Part shown: positions 60,801 through 64,000 of the stretch, piece after piece
How positions within the stretch are numbered: position 1 is the stretch's first letter
How the letters are laid out: every line of letters starts with the position of its first letter
Assembly: GCA_049792675.1 (NCBI GenBank)
Contig: JBARBD010000101.1
Span: 1,091 to 65,090 of the forward strand
Direction: 5' to 3'
Source: Vulcanimicrobiaceae bacterium
GTDB lineage: Bacteria; Vulcanimicrobiota; Vulcanimicrobiia; Vulcanimicrobiales; Vulcanimicrobiaceae
Length of the DNA stretch: 64,000 bases
Program-made: the position numbers and the translations under genes
Notes under the pieces: generated by a model
Databases searched by the model: none
The model's input: only the letters and a program-made list of their open reading frames with translations
Told to the model about the DNA's origin: nothing

Positions 60801-61510
60801 TTGACGAAACCGGCGAGACCCTGCGCCTCGGCGTTGGAGGGGGTCGCGCCGGTGTAGACTTGGAGCTCGAGTTGGCCAAGCGACGAGAGCGAGCCGGACG
60901 GATAGTTGTCGAACGCGCGATTGACCGGAATGCCGTCGAACTCGTAGCCGACCTCCGACGCGTCGCCACCGCGCACGTGGACGGCTTGGAGATAGCCGTT
61001 TTGATTTGCTGGGACGTAGGCGCCGGGGACCGAGGCGATCGCCGAGTACGCGCTATTGAGCGCTCCGCCGCCGCCCAGCACGGCGGTGCGGTCTTGCGCG
61101 GCCGCGTTGATCGAGTAGAGGTCGGCGGTCGTACCGGGCTTGACCAGGCTCGACGCGCTGCGCGACGTGACGTTGGCGATCGTCTTGAGCGCGACATGCA
61201 GCGAGAGGGTCAGCGTCTGCTGTGCGTCGGCCAAGACGGTCACGCCCGCGTAGGAGATCGGCGCGTACCCGTCTTTCTGTAAGGCGACCGTGTACTCGTC
61301 CGGTGCGAGCGAGACGATCGCGAATCGTCCCCCAGCGTCGGTCGTCGCGATCGCGCTCTGCGAGGGGCTCGTGACCGCGATCTTAACGCCGGCGATCGGT
61401 TTTGAGGTGCCGGCTTCGGTGACGATGCCGTTGATGCCGCCGGTCGTGCCGGCTCGCGCCAAGCTCGTGAGCGTGCAGCTGAGGAGTAGCGTAAGGGCAA
61501 GATATCTCAT
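57821..61510 (-). CDS. TonB-dependent receptor with N-terminal carboxypeptidase-regulatory-like domain
   Basis: Signal MRYLALTLLLSCTLTSLARA. GINGIVTEAGTSKPIAGVKIAV...GGRFAIVSLAPDEYTV (CarbopepD_reg-like). Plug-like VHVRGGDASEVGYEFDGIPVN. Long barrel region. ATG 61510; the 1430-aa track ORF is an artefactual extension. Confidence 0.8.
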   Translation of the reverse strand: MRYLALTLLLSCTLTSLARAGTTGGINGIVTEAGTSKPIAGVKIAVTSPSQSAIATTDAGGRFAIVSLAPDEYTVALQKDGYAPISYAGVTVLADAQQTLTLSLHVALKTIANVTSRSASSLVKPGTTADLYSINAAAQDRTAVLGGGGALNSAYSAIASVPGAYVPANQNGYLQAVHVRGGDASEVGYEFDGIPVNRAFDNYPSGSLSSLGQLELQVYTGATPSNAEAQGLAGFVNQVIKTGTSPGYGTANVSLGTPIFYHSANLEVGGATPDRGFSYYVGLGGYNQDYRYVSQFGGASYAPEFGQQLGACPAPSALSATTLPSCYTNGRPNVGPNGTPGWILGPIGFGTIDAANVATRTAIANFHIAIPHKHDGLRDDVQLLYDNDEIFTTFLSSVNDEGYDNWINTVGTFPPYYLDAFQYRGRIGTFVPSNYASLVTPYLYPSSPSHPLFGPIPDPYNQRDRGYNGQSIVKLQYQKNFNSSAFLRVYGYTYYSDWIENGPMMSLQPYAYYDSGDYEINNHTRGVSASFTAQLNPQNLLEAEASYTTSTGARIYNEQMFQYGLAYGNAFAVLVNRNDPLSGTCYHYFLGNGDPHATPTTCADGQGGGVAYGLLPSFLKLTNPQGSRSDVGGLTCGNGPCAYYVVENGAYGLNNTVTPYFSGYSITDQWRPNDRLFVNAGIRVDNYSYVGANTQTGPARDFWFNAFNQDTCYDTATLTLVDRSALVGSNWSTNSQKSCSAFGRQYTNANLQNTPGRFDYNIPQPRVGVTYTVNPDTVLRASYGRYNEQPSAAYEQYNSLEQNLPDTLAQFYPLGFTSPGHAVAPSVSYNSDFSIEQRIHGTDMSYKLTPFLRQTQDQVENFYINYTAGITSGLNAGYQTSSGFEFQFDKGDFSRNGFSGQLSFAYTYATVKYGTLPNGTTVLSPINSGISQYNAYTKACAPGGSAYGKAEFGEPLCGYTSNGKSAAACYAPGGQPDPSCKGPNAVANPYWRSPAYSLLDPTAAYLPFSIFPGGVGSGVNAFNFPYVATLLLNYKHNRLAVTPSLQYVAGNRYGAPLTTPGIDPALGCGKPLISPIAGDPRYPYGAAGGRPFDANNPSCAATLSIPDPYTGQFDGIGAFREPAQLLGHLQIGYDVSPRVSLTVTLANLLQTCFGGQRTAFTYFWNSQTCAYTNLIGGPSSPPVGNAYNPGSNVQTFLKYPYEPYFGTYNDQTSSLSEPFNAYLSLRVKI

Positions 61511-64000
61511 TCGCAGACTTTCGGTGACGGATCGGGTGGCAAGTGATACGCGGCGAGGAACGCGCGATAGGCGTCCATCGCGGCGTCGAACTGGAGTCGA
61601 ATCGCGGCCGCCTCTCGCTCGTGCGGCGGCAGCGGCGGTCCCTGCGAGAGCGCGATCACGCCCTGCAGCACGGCGAGCCGTTCGCGCAGACGGTCGGGGG
61701 TGAGGAGCTGGTCTTCGGAGTTGACGACGCCCGACGTGAACCGCGAGTAGACCGCCGGGATCGCTCGACGCATCGCTGCGTCGTGCGGGCCGCTGGACTG
61801 GGTGCGGAGCGCATCGAGGCGATTGAGTGCGACGTCGATCGCCGAGAGCTCGTCGTTGAGCGACTTGACGAAGGCGTAGCGCGCAGCGTACTGCGCTTGG
61901 GTCCAGGCAGCGCGTGGATCCGGACGCACCTCGAGCGGCTCGGTCGCCATCGCGGAGCCGGCATGCAGGCGAACTTCGTACGTTCCCGGCACGACGGTCG
62001 CGCCGTTCCCGCCCTGGTTCCAATCGCGGGCGGCGTTCCACGCGACGGGTGCGGTCTCGGCAAGATCCCAAGACGCGCGCTCGATGCCTGCCTCTCCGGC
62101 GGCGCCGAAGCAACGAACCGTCGCCCCGCTCTTGTCGAGCACATCCACGAAGAGGTTGGCCGCCGAGGGGAGGTAGTAGGTAATCAGCGCGCCATCCGGC
62201 GGGTTCTCGGCGCTATACGCCCCGGCGGCGAGGCAGCATTCGTCGGGGTGCGTCCCGTAGTAGTCGCTCCACCAGCGGTACCACGTGTAGGCGGTTGGCA
62301 ACGGAAAGAGCCGCGGAGCCGACGCCGAGATCGCGGCGCGAAGACCGCCGAGCGCGGTCAGGTCGTCGAGTATCCAAAATCCGCGCCCGTGCGTTGCGAT
62401 GAGAAGATCGTCGCGCTGGGGCTGTACGCGCATATCGTGGACGGCTACCTGCGGCATGTTGAGGCGCAGGCTGCTCCAGTGCTCGCCGCGATCGAGCGAG
62501 AACCATACGCCTTGTTCGAGCCCGGCGTAGAGAACGTCGGGGTTGCGCGGATCTTCGCGCACGACGTGAACGTATTGATCGCTCGGAAGCCCGCCGGCGA
62601 TCGCGCGCCACGACGCGCCGCCGTCGTCGGTAACGAGCACGTACGGCGAAGGGTCGCCCATGACGTGCCGGTCGATCGCGACGTACGCGCGGCGCACGTC
62701 GGCCCGCGACGCTTCGACGGTGTCGATGCGCCCCCAGGCAGGGATGCCGGGCGGCGTGACGTTCCGCCACGTCGTCCCGCCGTCGGTCGTCAGCTGGACG
62801 AGGCCGTCGTCGGTGCCGACCCAGATGCGCGCCGGATCGATCGACGACGGCGCGATGTCGAAGATCGTATCGTAGAACTCGGCGCCGGAGACGTCGGGAT
62901 TGATTGGGCCGCCGGCTACGCGCTGCTTGTTCGGATCGTTGCGCGTCAGATCCGGGCTGATCTTCGTCCAGGTCCGGCCGCGATCGTTCGTCGCAAAGAG
63001 TACGTTCGCTCCATAGTACGCGGTGCTGCCCGTGCTCGAGAACGCGATCGGGGCTTCCCAGTTCGAGCGGAATGGGAGCCCGGCGAGCTCGCGGCCATTG
63101 GTATCGGTGTCGTCGGGCGTGATGTCGTAGTTCTGCCGCGAGCGCAGGTCGAAGATGCCGAGCTGCCCGTTGAGCTCGTTGACGCCGACGTTCCAGATCG
63201 AGGACGGGTCGCCCGGCTGCGGCCAAACCCACGAGCCGTCGCCGTCGTTGCCGACCGCGCGCCAATCCGAGTTCTCGATGCCGAGCGGGCTGAGCGAATC
63301 GGACGGCCCGCAGTACGAGTCGTTGTCCTGGATTCCGCCGCAGAGATGATAGGGGTTCTGCTCGTCGTAGCCGACGCGATAGATTTGGGCGAGCACCACG
63401 TTGTAGCGCCAATCCCACGTCTTACCGCCGTCGAGCGAGATCGGCGCGCCGCCGTCGTTGGCTTCGATGATGCGGGTGCCGTCGCGGGAGATCCAGAGAC
63501 CGTGGTGATCTTGGTGGACGGCGCCGCGGACGTCGGTATAGGTCTCGCCGCCATCGCGCGTCTCGATCAGATCCTCCGACGAGAAGAAGACGCGATCGCG
63601 GTTCGCGGGGTCGACGGCGAGCCGGCTCATATAGAAGGGGCGCTGATTGACTAGCGTGTCTTTGGTCATGAGACGCCAGTGCGAACCGGCGTCGTCGGAT
63701 CGCCACAGCACGCCCTCTTTCGATTGGATGACCGCGTAGACGCGCCGCGGATCGCTCGCCGCGACGCCGAGCCCGATCCGCCCCATATCTCCGGCGGGCA
63801 GTCCGTTGCCGCGCAGGCGCCGCCAGCTCGTGCCGCCGTCGTCGCTTTTAAAGAGACCGTCGAGCGGGCCGCCGCTGGAAAAGCTCCACGGCACGCGGCG
63901 GAACTGCCAGATGCCCGCATAGACGGTCCGCGGGTTGCGCGGATCGATCGCGATATCGGAGGCGCCGCTCGCCGGGCCGAGGTAGAGCGTGCGCTGCCAG
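61507..64000 (-). CDS. BNR/Asp-box repeat (sortilin/VPS10-like) beta-propeller protein, N-terminus outside window
   Basis: At least 8 Asp-boxes (SDDGGTSW, SDDAGSHW, TRDGGETY, SLDGGKTW, TNDRGRTW, TTDGGTTW, TDDGGASW, SLDRGEHW). The frame stays open to the window edge (..DPRNPRTVYAGIWQFRRVPWSF). The stop overlaps the receptor start (ATGA). Confidence 0.8.
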   Translation of the reverse strand, partial: WQRTLYLGPASGASDIAIDPRNPRTVYAGIWQFRRVPWSFSSGGPLDGLFKSDDGGTSWRRLRGNGLPAGDMGRIGLGVAASDPRRVYAVIQSKEGVLWRSDDAGSHWRLMTKDTLVNQRPFYMSRLAVDPANRDRVFFSSEDLIETRDGGETYTDVRGAVHQDHHGLWISRDGTRIIEANDGGAPISLDGGKTWDWRYNVVLAQIYRVGYDEQNPYHLCGGIQDNDSYCGPSDSLSPLGIENSDWRAVGNDGDGSWVWPQPGDPSSIWNVGVNELNGQLGIFDLRSRQNYDITPDDTDTNGRELAGLPFRSNWEAPIAFSSTGSTAYYGANVLFATNDRGRTWTKISPDLTRNDPNKQRVAGGPINPDVSGAEFYDTIFDIAPSSIDPARIWVGTDDGLVQLTTDGGTTWRNVTPPGIPAWGRIDTVEASRADVRRAYVAIDRHVMGDPSPYVLVTDDGGASWRAIAGGLPSDQYVHVVREDPRNPDVLYAGLEQGVWFSLDRGEHWSSLRLNMPQVAVHDMRVQPQRDDLLIATHGRGFWILDDLTALGGLRAAISASAPRLFPLPTAYTWYRWWSDYYGTHPDECCLAAGAYSAENPPDGALITYYLPSAANLFVDVLDKSGATVRCFGAAGEAGIERASWDLAETAPVAWNAARDWNQGGNGATVVPGTYEVRLHAGSAMATEPLEVRPDPRAAWTQAQYAARYAFVKSLNDELSAIDVALNRLDALRTQSSGPHDAAMRRAIPAVYSRFTSGVVNSEDQLLTPDRLRERLAVLQGVIALSQGPPLPPHEREAAAIRLQFDAAMDAYRAFLAAYHLPPDPSPKVCE

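Overview
High-GC (about 65-70% by eye) bacterial chromosomal segment with tightly packed genes, many with 4-nt start/stop overlaps. The many predicted lipoproteins, a TonB-dependent receptor and barrel-like proteins suggest a diderm; phylum cannot be assigned from sequence alone. I support about 55 CDS, one tRNA-Pro(CGG) and one tmRNA. I saw no transposases, integrases, CRISPR arrays or recognisable defence genes. Layout: (1) 1-12.1 kb: miaB'-GH18-mutS, then an opposite-strand envelope-protein/NRAMP operon, then mutL-miaA-dapF-radical SAM. (2) 12.1-15.4 kb: CPA1 antiporter and a porin-amt operon. (3) 15.5-27.3 kb: a K+ homeostasis region, the most unusual part. It holds two small peptides plus kdpABC, a low-GC lipoprotein insert, a kinase-less protein made of two tandem KdpD sensor modules, a divergent TM-GAF histidine kinase with a NarL-type regulator, and two TrkA-like genes. 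(4) 27.3-31.3 kb: tRNA-Pro, Clp_N protein, DedA, uvrC, holin-like protein, tmRNA. (5) 31.3-57.8 kb: mixed metabolic, transport and envelope genes. These include a SUOX-fold/FNR-like pair, PRODH-DapA-like-GAD, VIT1 plus ArsP-like permease, an S53 peptidase, a phospholipase C-like phosphoesterase, a cupredoxin, and an expanded family of beta-propeller-like lipoproteins. (6) 55.9-64 kb: a minus-strand operon of BNR/sortilin-like protein, 1229-aa TonB-dependent receptor, CrtI-like flavoprotein and a small membrane protein. Most other long track ORFs are antisense or off-frame artefacts of high GC. All functions are inferred from motifs read by eye; no searches were run.
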